Made by a program: the position numbers and the translations under genes
Shown: positions 17,304-26,542 of the stretch, one piece after another
Position numbering within the stretch: the first letter of the stretch is position 1
Layout: every line of letters begins with the position of its first letter
Origin: Patescibacteria group bacterium
GTDB taxonomy: Bacteria; Patescibacteriota; Minisyncoccia; Minisyncoccales; CAZWNE01
DNA: 64,000 nucleotides
Assembly (NCBI GenBank): GCA_038078735.1
Contig: JBBTTI010000001.1
Coordinates: forward strand, 20,830 to 84,829
Reading direction: 5' to 3'
The notes under the pieces: model-generated
The model's database searches: none
What the model was told of the DNA's origin: nothing
The model's input: the letters and a program-made list of their open reading frames with translations, nothing else

Positions 17304-17891
17304 ATGAGAAAAACTATTTTCCGAAGAAAAACAAAAGAAACGGATATAAAAATTGAGCTAAATATTGATGGTAAGGGTGAGGCTGAAATTAATACGCCCA
17401 TTAACTTTCTTAACCATCTTTTAAGCGGTTTTGCCAAACACGGGCTTTTTGATTTAAAAATTAAGGCTTCGGGTGATATTGAAATTGATCAGCATCACAC
17501 GGTGGAAGATATCGGCATTTGTTTAGGCGCAGCTTTTAAACAAGCTTTAGGAGATAAAAAGGGGATCAATCGGGCGGGCTATTTTGTTTTTCCCCTGGAT
17601 GAAGCTCTTTCGGTGGTGTCGGTTGATATCTCTGGCAGAGCTTATTTAGATTTTAATTGTAAATTCAAGAAAGAAAAAATAGGTGAATTGGATTCAGATT
17701 TAATAAAAGAATTTTTTTGGGGATTTGTCAGACATTTGGAGGCCACTTTGCATATTAGGATTTTAATCGGCGAGAATGAGCACCATAAAGCCGAATCCCT
17801 TTTTAAAGCCTTCGGCAAGGCGATGAAAATGGCCTGCTCTAAAGATAAAAGAGTTTTAAAAGAGCTACCAAGCACTAAAGGTTTAATTTAA
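17304..17891 (+). CDS. hisB: Imidazoleglycerol-phosphate dehydratase
   Basis: RKTKETDIKIELNIDG, DQHHTVEDIGICLG, GENEHHKAESLFKAFG. Confidence 0.9.
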   Translation: MRKTIFRRKTKETDIKIELNIDGKGEAEINTPINFLNHLLSGFAKHGLFDLKIKASGDIEIDQHHTVEDIGICLGAAFKQALGDKKGINRAGYFVFPLDEALSVVSVDISGRAYLDFNCKFKKEKIGELDSDLIKEFFWGFVRHLEATLHIRILIGENEHHKAESLFKAFGKAMKMACSKDKRVLKELPSTKGLI

Positions 17892-17894
17892 AGT

Positions 17895-18950
17895 ATGGTC
17901 AAAGATCGCATCAGAAAAATGAGCCGGTACAACCCTCCTTTAGAAGGAAGGAGTTCTAACGATTTCTTGCTTTTGGATTTTAATGAAAGAACCACCCCTG
18001 CCAGTCCGAAAGTTAAAGAGGCTTTAAAAAAATTTATTGAGTCGGATAGGTTGCAGGTTTATCCCGAATATGGCGATTTGGAAGCAAGAATTGCCGAATA
18101 TGCCGGCGTAAAAAATGGCCAGGCAATGGTAACTAACGGCGGCGATCAGGGGATTGATATTGTCTGCAGAGGGTTTTTGGATGAGGGCGATAAAGTTATT
18201 ATTCCCTTTCCTTCTTTTGCTATGCATTATCAATCGGCCGGCATTCAGGGGGCGGAAATTTTGGAGCCAAAATATAACAACAATGGAGAACTCGCCTTAG
18301 GAGAAATATTGTCTTTATTAGACGATGCGAAAGTAAAATTAATTATTCTTTGTAATCCCAATAATCCTCTCGGCAGTATTATCTCAATTAACGACGTAGA
18401 AAAGATTTTAGAAAAAGCTAAAGAAAGAAACATTGCCGTTTTGCACGATGAAGCTTATTTTGAATTCTCAAAAATTACCGCCAAAGACTTAATAGAAAAA
18501 TATGACAATCTTTATATTATCAGAACATTTGCTAAAGCCTTCGGCTTGGTGGCAGGCAGGGCAGGATATGTTATTTCACAAGAGAAAAACATTCAGGAAT
18601 TATTAAAAATCAGGGGACCTTATGATGTAAATATGTTTGCTAAAACCGCTATTTTAGCGGCTCTTTCCGACATTGATTATATGCAAGCGTATATTAAGGA
18701 AGTGATGGAAGTTTCTAAGCCAAGATTAGAAAAATTTTTAAAGGAAAAAGGAATTTTCTTTTATCCAAGTCGGGCCAACTATATTCTTTTAATATTAAAA
18801 AATCCGAAGGAAATAGTGGAAAAATTAAAATCTAAGGGGATTTTAGTCAGACCAAAACCTGATCATGAGGGTAAAGACGCGGTAAGGATAAGTATCGGCA
18901 CAATGGAAGATACCGAACGGCTTATTGCGGTTTTAAAAGAGATATTGTAA
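17895..18950 (+). CDS. hisC: Histidinol-phosphate aminotransferase
   Basis: Class-II aminotransferase pattern: NPNNPLG, RTFAKAFGLVAGRAGY (PLP Lys), YPSRANYIL. Confidence 0.85.
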   Translation: MVKDRIRKMSRYNPPLEGRSSNDFLLLDFNERTTPASPKVKEALKKFIESDRLQVYPEYGDLEARIAEYAGVKNGQAMVTNGGDQGIDIVCRGFLDEGDKVIIPFPSFAMHYQSAGIQGAEILEPKYNNNGELALGEILSLLDDAKVKLIILCNPNNPLGSIISINDVEKILEKAKERNIAVLHDEAYFEFSKITAKDLIEKYDNLYIIRTFAKAFGLVAGRAGYVISQEKNIQELLKIRGPYDVNMFAKTAILAALSDIDYMQAYIKEVMEVSKPRLEKFLKEKGIFFYPSRANYILLILKNPKEIVEKLKSKGILVRPKPDHEGKDAVRISIGTMEDTERLIAVLKEIL

Positions 18951-18966
18951 GATTAAACCTGCGCAA

Positions 18967-19845
18967 ATGGAAAAAATTAAAGAAGTTTTAATTGAATACC
19001 TGACAGAAACAGTCAAAGAAGTAAAAAAACGGGCAGCTCTCGGCCAAGGCCGGGAGGTTTTGGGCGAGGTCATTAATCGGCCGGAAGATTTGGAAATCGG
19101 CATTGACCGGGTGGGAGAAGATATTTTAGGGAGCCTTTTAAAGAAAAACCAATTAAAGGCTACTATCTACTCTGAACCGGAAGATCGGGATATTGAAAAC
19201 GGCAATGATTTTTACGGCTCTATTGATCCTTTTGACGGATCAGCGCTTTATATGAAAGGGTTTGAACATAATTGGTACACTGCTTTAAGCTTTTATGATA
19301 AAGAGAAAAAACCGATAGCCACAGGAATCGCCGACATTCTAAATGAAAAGTTTTATATAATGGAAAATAGCAGAGCCTATTTATTAGACATTAAAACCGG
19401 CGAAGAAAAAAATATTTCTCCCTCAAAGAGGGAAAATCTGACCGAACCGATTGTCTTAGCGAGCTATATGATGAAGTCAATTTATTCCGCCAAATTTTTG
19501 GAATTTTTCGGAGATATAGTAAAAAATATGCATCCCAAAGCTCTTTTATATCCCCAAGGAGGTTCTTTCATCTATGCTTATTTGGCCTGCGGCCTTGTTG
19601 ACGCCTATGTAATGTTTAATGAACCGAGATCAGAGGTTGATCCCGGATTTCCTATAGCTAAAGCTGCCGGTTGTCAGATAGTCAGCGTTGATTCCGACGG
19701 CCGGTATCGGGATTATGAATTTTTGCCCGCGCGCCAGCACGATAAAGTTGACTTGTTAATTGCTTCAAATAATTCTAAAATAAGAGATCAATTAATAAAA
19801 GAATATGTCAAAAAATATGACGAAAAATACTCTTTTAAGCCTTAA
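18967..19845 (+). CDS. Inositol-monophosphatase-family phosphatase (possible histidinol-phosphatase by context)
   Basis: IDPFDGS metal-binding motif. Adjacent to hisB-hisC. Confidence 0.55.
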   Translation: MEKIKEVLIEYLTETVKEVKKRAALGQGREVLGEVINRPEDLEIGIDRVGEDILGSLLKKNQLKATIYSEPEDRDIENGNDFYGSIDPFDGSALYMKGFEHNWYTALSFYDKEKKPIATGIADILNEKFYIMENSRAYLLDIKTGEEKNISPSKRENLTEPIVLASYMMKSIYSAKFLEFFGDIVKNMHPKALLYPQGGSFIYAYLACGLVDAYVMFNEPRSEVDPGFPIAKAAGCQIVSVDSDGRYRDYEFLPARQHDKVDLLIASNNSKIRDQLIKEYVKKYDEKYSFKP

Positions 19846-20686
19846 ACCAATTCAAAAATTAATAAATGGCATCGGTAGGGATATTAAAAAATATTTCGGC
19901 AAAGATAAAAGTTGCATTGTCGGATTGGAAGATGATGGCGTGTTCTACGGAGAGGGTCTCTATCAATGGCTGATTGGAGAAAAAGTTGATGTAGTTTTTA
20001 CTATAATGGATGACGATGGAAAGGGGCTGGAAGAAGAAAAAGTAAGAGGAAGAAAGATTTTATTAATTGATAATGACGTTGTTAGCGGCAAGGGGTACAA
20101 AAGAGCAATGGAAGCGATGCGTTCGGTAAAAGAGCGGCTTAAAATAAAAGATATAAAATATGCGGTTTTGTGCGATAGGACCGGCTTGGCTGATTTTTCA
20201 GTTGAAAATTATTCCGCTTACGCCCCTTGGAGTCTAGAGAGAATAGATGCCATAGATTTAAAAATTATTCAGGATCTTGCCAAGGATGGCAGAAAATCGT
20301 TTGTTGATATTGCCAAAAAAACCAGATTAAGCTCGGTCGGGATTAAAAATCGGGTGGAACGTTTAGTTGCTGACGGCGTTTTGAAAATTCAGGGCATGCT
20401 TAATATGGATAAAGTTTATTCGGTTAGCGCCCATATTGAAATTGAAGCCGACAGCGCTACCGTTAACCGTTTATTAAACAAATTTGAGAAATCGCCCCTA
20501 GTTTATCATTTGGTAAAAATTTCCGGCAGATATAATTTGATGGCGAGTATCGTTGCTCCTAATCTGGAGAGTATTGAAAATTTTATTGACAAAGAGATAA
20601 GAAAAACTGAAGGAGTAAAACATATTGAGATTCATGTGGGAGAACTGCCGATAATTCCCAAAACTTGGAAACCGCCAATCTCTTGA
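19805..20686 (+). CDS. Fusion of a phosphoribosyltransferase-like domain and an Lrp/AsnC-family regulator
   Basis: KILLIDNDVVSGKG PRT-like loop. AsnC HTH: LKIIQDLAKDGRKSFVDIAKKTRLSSVGIKNRVERL. Confidence 0.6.
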   Translation: MSKNMTKNTLLSLKPIQKLINGIGRDIKKYFGKDKSCIVGLEDDGVFYGEGLYQWLIGEKVDVVFTIMDDDGKGLEEEKVRGRKILLIDNDVVSGKGYKRAMEAMRSVKERLKIKDIKYAVLCDRTGLADFSVENYSAYAPWSLERIDAIDLKIIQDLAKDGRKSFVDIAKKTRLSSVGIKNRVERLVADGVLKIQGMLNMDKVYSVSAHIEIEADSATVNRLLNKFEKSPLVYHLVKISGRYNLMASIVAPNLESIENFIDKEIRKTEGVKHIEIHVGELPIIPKTWKPPIS

Positions 20687-20694
20687 CTTACCCC

Positions 20695-20722
20695 TTGACA
20701 AGGTCTCTTGATTTTGTAAACT
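20695..20722 (+). promoter_or_regulatory. Sigma70-like promoter (TTGACA-16 nt-TAAACT with upstream TG)
   Basis: Precedes a ~200-nt leader ending in hairpin ATCCCCCTCGAGAGGGGAT+TTTT just before greA. Confidence 0.45.
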
Positions 20723-20930
20723 AAAGTATACAAGCAAGAAAAGTTTAGAAAATAAAGAAAAAAAGATGTTGAATATAGATAATCAAAGAAAAAATCTTAT
20801 CAAGATAGCCAACTCTTATAAATTGGTTTATTTGACTGGTATTTTTTGCGCAGTGATTCGTTGAGGGGATAAATAAAAAGATTATAAAAAATAAAAACTA
20901 TCCCCCTCGAGAGGGGATTTTTCTAAAAGT

Positions 20931-21404
20931 ATGGCTCCAAAAAAGTTTTATTTAACAAAAGAAGGGTTGGAAAAGACAAAAAAAGAGTACGAAGATTTAA
21001 AAAATCTTAAACTCTCCAAAACCAATGGCGAAGTTCCTAAGATTTGGCATTCAGAAGATTTGAATCCCGAATATCTTGCTTTTCAGGAGGATCTGGAATT
21101 TTTAGAATCACGGCTGAATGACTTGGAACATATAATTAAAAATGCCGAATTGATCAAGTCGCCAAACAGAGAAGAGCAAAAAAATATTAATTTAGGGGCG
21201 ACGGTGATGGTGCAGGTTAACGGTCAGATGGATGAATTTACTTTAGTGGGCACTTTAGAGGCCAATCCTTCTTTAGGCATGATTTCTAATGAGTCTCCGG
21301 TCGGTCAGCAATTATTAGGCCATAAAATTGGAGATGAAGTTGTCGTCTCTTCGCCAATTAAAACTATTTATAGAATAAAAAAGATAAAATATAAAACAAT
21401 TTAA
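20931..21404 (+). CDS. greA: Transcription elongation factor GreA
   Basis: N-terminal coiled coil (LTKEGLEKTKKEYEDLK) and C-terminal SNESPVGQQLLGHKIGDEV. Confidence 0.85.
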   Translation: MAPKKFYLTKEGLEKTKKEYEDLKNLKLSKTNGEVPKIWHSEDLNPEYLAFQEDLEFLESRLNDLEHIIKNAELIKSPNREEQKNINLGATVMVQVNGQMDEFTLVGTLEANPSLGMISNESPVGQQLLGHKIGDEVVVSSPIKTIYRIKKIKYKTI

Positions 21405-21463
21405 ACGAAAAAGAGGAAATTCTCCTCTTTTTTGTTTGGTTCAAAAAATGTTAAGATTAAAAT

Positions 21464-22096
21464 ATGGAAAATGTGCTTGATTTTTTGATTGAAATCGGGA
21501 AGTTAAAAAAGATGTTAAGGCAAGGATGGGTATTAAGGGGGATTAAAAATCCGGAATGCATTGCTTCTCATACTTTCCGCATGGCTGTTATGGCCTGGCT
21601 TTTAGGCGAAGAGCGGAAGCTTAACATATGCAAAATAATTAAAATGTCTCTTATTCATGATATTTGCGAGGTTTATGCGGGCGACGCCACTCCATATCAT
21701 CCGTTTTTGTTAAATAATAAAAAATTACCTAAAGGCCTGACGGAAACATGGCCGAGATTTTCCAAAAAAGAAAAAGAAAAAATTTTTTACGAAAAACACA
21801 AAAAAGAGGACAAAGCGTTAAGGGCAATTATTTTAAAACTCCCGCCGCTTTTAAGAAATGAAATAGTCAGTCTTTGGGACGATTACGAAAAAGGGCTGAC
21901 TCCCGAAGGAAGATTTGTCCGCCAGCTTGACCGAGTAGAAAATTTATTACAAGCATTGGAGTATCGGCAAGAAGGAAAAAATTTTTCTATGAATCCGTGG
22001 TGGATTCAAATAGAGGAATTAGTGGACGACCCGGTTTTAATTGACTTCATTAAAGTTTTAGAGAGAAAATTTAATAAAAAATGCTTAAATCATTAA
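21464..22096 (+). CDS. HD-domain phosphohydrolase (YfbR-like)
   Basis: SHTFRMAVMAW...IHDICEVYAGD. Confidence 0.7.
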   Translation: MENVLDFLIEIGKLKKMLRQGWVLRGIKNPECIASHTFRMAVMAWLLGEERKLNICKIIKMSLIHDICEVYAGDATPYHPFLLNNKKLPKGLTETWPRFSKKEKEKIFYEKHKKEDKALRAIILKLPPLLRNEIVSLWDDYEKGLTPEGRFVRQLDRVENLLQALEYRQEGKNFSMNPWWIQIEELVDDPVLIDFIKVLERKFNKKCLNH

Positions 22097-22707
22097 ATAA
22101 GGTTATTAAAATTTTAATTGCTTCTGACTTTCTGCTTCAGTCGGGCTGGGGTTTGATCGGTCCGATTTTTGCTATTTTTTTAATCGGACAAATTAAAGGC
22201 GGCAGCTTGGAAATGGTTGGGTTTGTCGCTGCCATCTATTGGATTGTCAAATCAATTGCTCAGCCATTTATCGCCCATCAGCTGGATAAAAATCATGGCG
22301 AGAAAGATGATTTTATTTTTTTAGTTGTCGGAATGTATGTGGCTAATTTAATTCCCTTAGGCTATATTTTTTCCACTGAACCATGGCATATTTTTACTTT
22401 GGAATTTATCAGAGGGCTAGCGATGGCCTGCGTTATCCCTACTTGGGCAGGTATTTTCACCAGACACATAGATAAGGGCAGAGAGGCCTTTTCTTGGAGT
22501 CTAGAGAGCACCGGTATCGGCTTTGCCGCCGGAATTGCCGGAGCCTTTGGCGGGATTATGGCCAGTACCCTAGGTTTCAACGTGGTTTTTATTTTACTCG
22601 TCATTTTCGGAACGCTTTCGTCTTCGGCCTTACTTCTAATCCGTCATCAGATTTATCCTAAAAATAAATTTACTCCCCGCCTTCCACCCACCGAAAAACC
22701 ATTCTAA
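22081..22707 (+). CDS. Six-TM, half-size MFS-like membrane protein
   Basis: About 6 hydrophobic helices; only ~208 aa. Confidence 0.5.
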   Translation: MLKSLNKVIKILIASDFLLQSGWGLIGPIFAIFLIGQIKGGSLEMVGFVAAIYWIVKSIAQPFIAHQLDKNHGEKDDFIFLVVGMYVANLIPLGYIFSTEPWHIFTLEFIRGLAMACVIPTWAGIFTRHIDKGREAFSWSLESTGIGFAAGIAGAFGGIMASTLGFNVVFILLVIFGTLSSSALLLIRHQIYPKNKFTPRLPPTEKPF

Positions 22708-22867
22708 AGGCGATGAGAACTTCGTTCTCATCTTCACCTTCACCATGCTGTGTAGGGCTCGGTATTTGACAAATTTGATAAAGTATGCTACGTAAAAAGA
22801 ATACGCAGTAAATTTTACTGCCGCATAAATACATTAGTAGCGCGAAAAGCGTAAAAGGAGAGTCGTC

Positions 22868-23392
22868 ATGACAACTATTGTCGCAGACGAAGTGCTGGGT
22901 AGGTTCGCCCGGCAGCAAAATGATTGGTTCAGGAGGGTAAGGGAAGGGTCTCTTGACCCCGAGGAGGTTGGTCGTGTGGTCCAAAGCGTAATAGACCGCG
23001 GTCATCTTTTCGCTTACGACAAACGGAAAGACGGTTGGAAGTTGGTGGAGGATGTGGATTTTACTCCCATTGACCCGGCTAAGTTGGATTTCATCTCGTT
23101 TCTGAAGCCGGGTGAGGGTTCTATTGGTGGCAACGAAATGGTTCGTCGGGCTCGCGAGCTCCATGCCAATTTCGGCCAACGTCATGCGGAATATCTGCTG
23201 GAACACCAGCGGGAGATCCCGCAAGAGTTCCGGAAATACTATATAGTGTTTACCGGAACAATCTGGCGCATTCCAGACGGCGGCCTGAGTGTGGCTTGTC
23301 TCCTCTGGGATGGCGGGCGGTGGATTCTGGACTTCCATTGGCTCGAGAATGATTGGGGTTCCGGTGACCGTTTGCCCCGTTCCCGCGAGTAG
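22868..23392 (+). CDS. Paralogue of the DGR target protein; carries a VR-like Trp-rich C-terminus but no cognate TR in this window
   Basis: RBS AAAAGGAGAG. Shared blocks with 61720-62358: GW..VED, GNEMVRRAR, IPQEFRK, IVFTGTIWRIPDGG, LLWDGGRW, WLENDW. GC-rich island. Confidence 0.7.
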   Translation: MTTIVADEVLGRFARQQNDWFRRVREGSLDPEEVGRVVQSVIDRGHLFAYDKRKDGWKLVEDVDFTPIDPAKLDFISFLKPGEGSIGGNEMVRRARELHANFGQRHAEYLLEHQREIPQEFRKYYIVFTGTIWRIPDGGLSVACLLWDGGRWILDFHWLENDWGSGDRLPRSRE

Positions 23393-23413
23393 ATCTTTGA
23401 TACTTCGTCGTTT

Positions 23414-23445
23414 AAAACCCCGACAAAATTTTTGTCGGGGTTTTT
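23414..23445 (+). terminator. Rho-independent terminator
   Basis: AAAACCCCGACAAAA/TTTTGTCGGGGTTTT hairpin. Confidence 0.8.
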
Positions 23446-23486
23446 CTTTCGTCAAAAAATGTTATTATTAAAATTTGCGATAAAAA

Positions 23487-23513
23487 ATACAGAGAACGGG
23501 TCTCTGTATGTTT
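23487..23513. repeat. Palindromic repeat ATACAGAGA-ACGGG-TCTCTGTAT(GTTT), intergenic copy
   Basis: 27 nt identical to 59044-59070 inside tsaD. Confidence 0.85.
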
Positions 23514-23639
23514 TTTTATTTGGGTAAAAAGTTGACAAAAGACGTTTATTTGTTAATCTTTGCGTAAGGCTCGCGCTGTAGATGTCAAACATCTACAGCT
23601 TTTTTTTATTTTTTTAATGGTTTTATGATAAAATAAAAT

Positions 23640-25343
23640 ATGATCAATCAGGAGCTGGCGAAAATATTCTATGAGATTGCCGATTATTTAGAAATGGATA
23701 AAATTCCTTTCAAGCCTTTTGCTTGGCGGAAAGTTGCCAATGTTTTAGAAGCAATGGAAGAAGATGTCGGCGATATTTATGAAAAAGGGGGGAGAGGGGC
23801 TTTGGAGGAAATTCCGGGAGTCGGAAAAAGCATTGCCGAGAACATTGAAGAGTATCTGAAAACCGGCAAGGTCAGATATTACGAAGAATTCAAAAGGAGT
23901 TTGCCGATAAATTTGCCGGAGCTGATTGCCGTTGAAGGGCTGGGGCCAAAAAAGGTAAAGGTTCTTTATGAAAAATTAAGAGTCAGCAATCTGAAAGACT
24001 TAGAAAAAGCCGCTAAAGCGCATAAAATCGCTCCTTTATTCGGCTTTGGCGAAAAAACAGAAAAGAATATCTTAGAAAGCATTAATTTTTTGAAAAAGAG
24101 TAAGGGTCGTTTTTTATTGGGTGAAATTTTGCCAAAAGTCAAAGAGGTTTATGATAAATTAAAATCCTTGAAAGGAGTGGAGGCGATCAGCGAGGCGGGT
24201 TCTTTGAGAAGAAGAAAGGAAACAATCGGCGATGTTGATTTTTTAGTAATTTCTAGAACTTCCAAATCAGTTATGGATTTTTTTGTTGGATTACCCGGTG
24301 TCGTCAAAATTTGGGGCAAAGGCAATACTAAGGCCTCGGTAAGATTTAAAGATGGTTTTGATATGGATATCAGGGTCTTACCACAAAAATCATACGGCGC
24401 CGGACTTCAATATTTTACCGGTTCAGTTGAGCATAATATTGCTTTGAGAAAAATAGCCATAGATAAGGGACTGAAACTTTCCGAGTACGGATTATTCAAG
24501 GGATCAAAAATGATTGCCTCGGAAACAGAAGAAGATATCTACCGGGCCTTAGGCATGGACTGGATAGCGCCGGAATTAAGAGAAAATCAGGGAGAAATAG
24601 ATGCTGCCCAAAATAATCAACTCCCGGTGTTGATTAATCTTAAAGACATTAAGGGCGATTTGCATATTCATGAAAAAGATGATTCCATAGATGAGCTTGT
24701 CGAAGAGGCGAGAAAGATGGGGTATGAATATCTGGGGATTTCCGACCACACAAAATTTTTACGCATTGAGCATGGACTGGATGAAAAACAATTAATCCGG
24801 CGCAATAAAGAGATTGATAAACTTAACCAAAAATATAAAGACTTTAAAATTCTAAAAGGTTGCGAAGCAAATATTTTAGGGGACGGCTCAATTGATATCA
24901 AAGACGAGGTTTTAGCTCAAATGGATTATGTTATTGCTGGAATTCATTCTGGTTTTAAAATGTCTAAAGACCAAATGACAAAAAGAATAATAAAGGCGAT
25001 ACAAAATCCAAATGTAGATATTTTTTCCCATCCGACCGGCAGACTGATTAAAGAACGCGATGAATACCAGACTGATCTCGGAAAAATTATGGAAACAGCC
25101 AAGGAAGCCGGTACTATTTTAGAAATTAACGCCTCTCCTGCAAGATTGGATTTAAATGACCAAAATATAAGAAAGGCAAAAGAAATGGGAATAAAAATGG
25201 TTATTAATACTGATGCCCATAGCAAAGACCAATTAAGATTTATGGAATTTGGCGTGGCTCAAGCCAGAAGAGGCTGGGCCGAGAAGGAAGATATCATTAA
25301 TTGCTGGCCATTGGAAAGATTATTAAATTTTTTTAAAAAGTAA
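23640..25343 (+). CDS. polX: Family X DNA polymerase with C-terminal PHP domain
   Basis: HhH (GVGKSIAE, GLGPKKV), GSLRRRKETIGDVDFLV, PHP HxH (DLHIHE) and NTDAHS. Confidence 0.85.
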   Translation: MINQELAKIFYEIADYLEMDKIPFKPFAWRKVANVLEAMEEDVGDIYEKGGRGALEEIPGVGKSIAENIEEYLKTGKVRYYEEFKRSLPINLPELIAVEGLGPKKVKVLYEKLRVSNLKDLEKAAKAHKIAPLFGFGEKTEKNILESINFLKKSKGRFLLGEILPKVKEVYDKLKSLKGVEAISEAGSLRRRKETIGDVDFLVISRTSKSVMDFFVGLPGVVKIWGKGNTKASVRFKDGFDMDIRVLPQKSYGAGLQYFTGSVEHNIALRKIAIDKGLKLSEYGLFKGSKMIASETEEDIYRALGMDWIAPELRENQGEIDAAQNNQLPVLINLKDIKGDLHIHEKDDSIDELVEEARKMGYEYLGISDHTKFLRIEHGLDEKQLIRRNKEIDKLNQKYKDFKILKGCEANILGDGSIDIKDEVLAQMDYVIAGIHSGFKMSKDQMTKRIIKAIQNPNVDIFSHPTGRLIKERDEYQTDLGKIMETAKEAGTILEINASPARLDLNDQNIRKAKEMGIKMVINTDAHSKDQLRFMEFGVAQARRGWAEKEDIINCWPLERLLNFFKK

Positions 25344-25347
25344 GTCT

Positions 25348-25800
25348 ATGGAAAAATCAGCCGGAGCAATAATTTTTAGGAATCAAGGCGATCAAGTCTT
25401 GTTTTTACTTTTGCATTACCCTAACAGATCATCAAGGGTTAAAAGGGAACATTGGGATTTTTCCAAGGGCCATATAGAAAAAGGCGAGAATGAGGTAGAT
25501 GCGGCTAAAAGGGAGATAAAAGAAGAAACCGGCTTGGCGGATATTAAAATTCTTGACGGTTTTCAAGAAATAATAAAATATTATTTTACGGTCGGCAAAA
25601 AAACTATTTTTAAAACAGTCATTTTTTATTTAGCCGAAACAAAAACTAAAGACATAAAAATTTCAGACGAGCACGTCGGCTTTAAATGGCTTCCCTACAA
25701 GGAGGCATTAAAACAGCTGACTTTCAGTAAGCCAAAAAACATTCTCAAAAAAGCCAGTGGCTTTCTTTTAGACAGCAAAGGAGTTAAAATAATAAAATAA
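25348..25800 (+). CDS. NUDIX hydrolase
   Basis: Nudix box GHIEKGENEVDAAKREIKEETGL. Confidence 0.85.
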   Translation: MEKSAGAIIFRNQGDQVLFLLLHYPNRSSRVKREHWDFSKGHIEKGENEVDAAKREIKEETGLADIKILDGFQEIIKYYFTVGKKTIFKTVIFYLAETKTKDIKISDEHVGFKWLPYKEALKQLTFSKPKNILKKASGFLLDSKGVKIIK

Positions 25801-25817
25801 GAGAAAGGAGTAGTAAA

Positions 25818-25979
25818 ATGCTTAGTACTTTGTTATGTCTAAAATGCAATATCTCTCATCCGCTCACTCAAGAATTTTGTTCTTCTTGTGGTTGTCCCTT
25901 AGTGATTGAGATCATCGGTTCGTCCCCTAGAAATCCGGGCCACGATGAGGAATTGCCCAAAATAGCTCACCGAGTGTGA
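25818..25979 (+). CDS. Possible 53-aa zinc-ribbon peptide (below the ORF-track cutoff)
   Basis: RBS AAAGGAG 7 nt upstream. CLKC...CSSCGC. Ends in the bidirectional hairpin AGCTCAC/GTGAGCT. Confidence 0.4.
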   Translation: MLSTLLCLKCNISHPLTQEFCSSCGCPLVIEIIGSSPRNPGHDEELPKIAHRV

Positions 25980-25989
25980 GCTATTTTTA

Positions 25990-26334
25990 TTATTTCACTG
26001 CTTCGATGATTTTTTCAAAGATTTGAGGGTTATCTTGGACTAAACCGGCTAAGATTTTTCTGTCCAGTTCAATTTTGTTTTTCTTTAAGCCGAAAATAAA
26101 TTTGCTGTAGCTTGTTCCCTGTAATTTACAGGCGGATGAGATGGTGGTTTGCCAAGCCCTGCGAAAATCCCTTTTTCTGACTTTTCTGTCGCGGTAATGA
26201 TAAGACAGGGCCTTCATCACGGCTTGCTTGGCGGCGGCAATTTTGGATTTTCTGCCCCAGTGAAAACCCTTGGTATAAGCCAATAAATGCCTTCTTCTTT
26301 TTTGCGAAAATATTCCTCCTTTTACTCTAGACAT
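25990..26334 (-). CDS. rplT: 50S ribosomal protein L20
   Basis: MSRVKGG...RRRHLLAYTKGFHWGRK...YRDRKVRKRDFRRAW. Confidence 0.95.
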   Translation of the reverse strand: MSRVKGGIFSQKRRRHLLAYTKGFHWGRKSKIAAAKQAVMKALSYHYRDRKVRKRDFRRAWQTTISSACKLQGTSYSKFIFGLKKNKIELDRKILAGLVQDNPQIFEKIIEAVK

Positions 26335-26340
26335 AAATTT

Positions 26341-26520
26341 TTAACAGTGAAGCCATTTTTTAATCGCTTTGACCTCGGTTTTAGAAACTTTAACCCACTT
26401 CCGACTTTGCCGGACTCTTTTTCCCGATTTTTTCGCTCGGTAATGATCAAGACCGGTATGTCTTCTTAAAATTTTTCCGTTTTTGGTGAATTTAAAACGT
26501 TTTAAAATTGATTTGCGCAT
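26341..26520 (-). CDS. rpmI: 50S ribosomal protein L35 (59 aa, below the ORF-track cutoff)
   Basis: Manual translation MRKSILKRFKFTKNGKILRRHTGLDHYRAKKSGKRVRQSRK... Lies between infC and rplT. Confidence 0.85.
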   Translation of the reverse strand: MRKSILKRFKFTKNGKILRRHTGLDHYRAKKSGKRVRQSRKWVKVSKTEVKAIKKWLHC

Positions 26521-26542
26521 AAATTCGCATATTTGCGATAAA

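Noticed and set aside
23260-23392. Possibility that the 22868 gene tail is a second VR served by the TR at 62667-62792
   Set aside because: A nucleotide alignment shows many differences at TR C, G and T positions (for example GAC/GAT, GCT/TCC, CCG/CGT), not only at adenines. It therefore cannot be a product of this TR.
22670-23455. 261-aa ORF on the - strand (also 9062-9457, 9109-9330, 61749-62189, 61816-62040 and 62155-62442 on the - strand)
   Set aside because: These long antisense ORFs arise in GC-richer islands. The + strand ORFs have strong RBSs, promoters, terminators and paralogue or signal-peptide support; the antisense ones have none.
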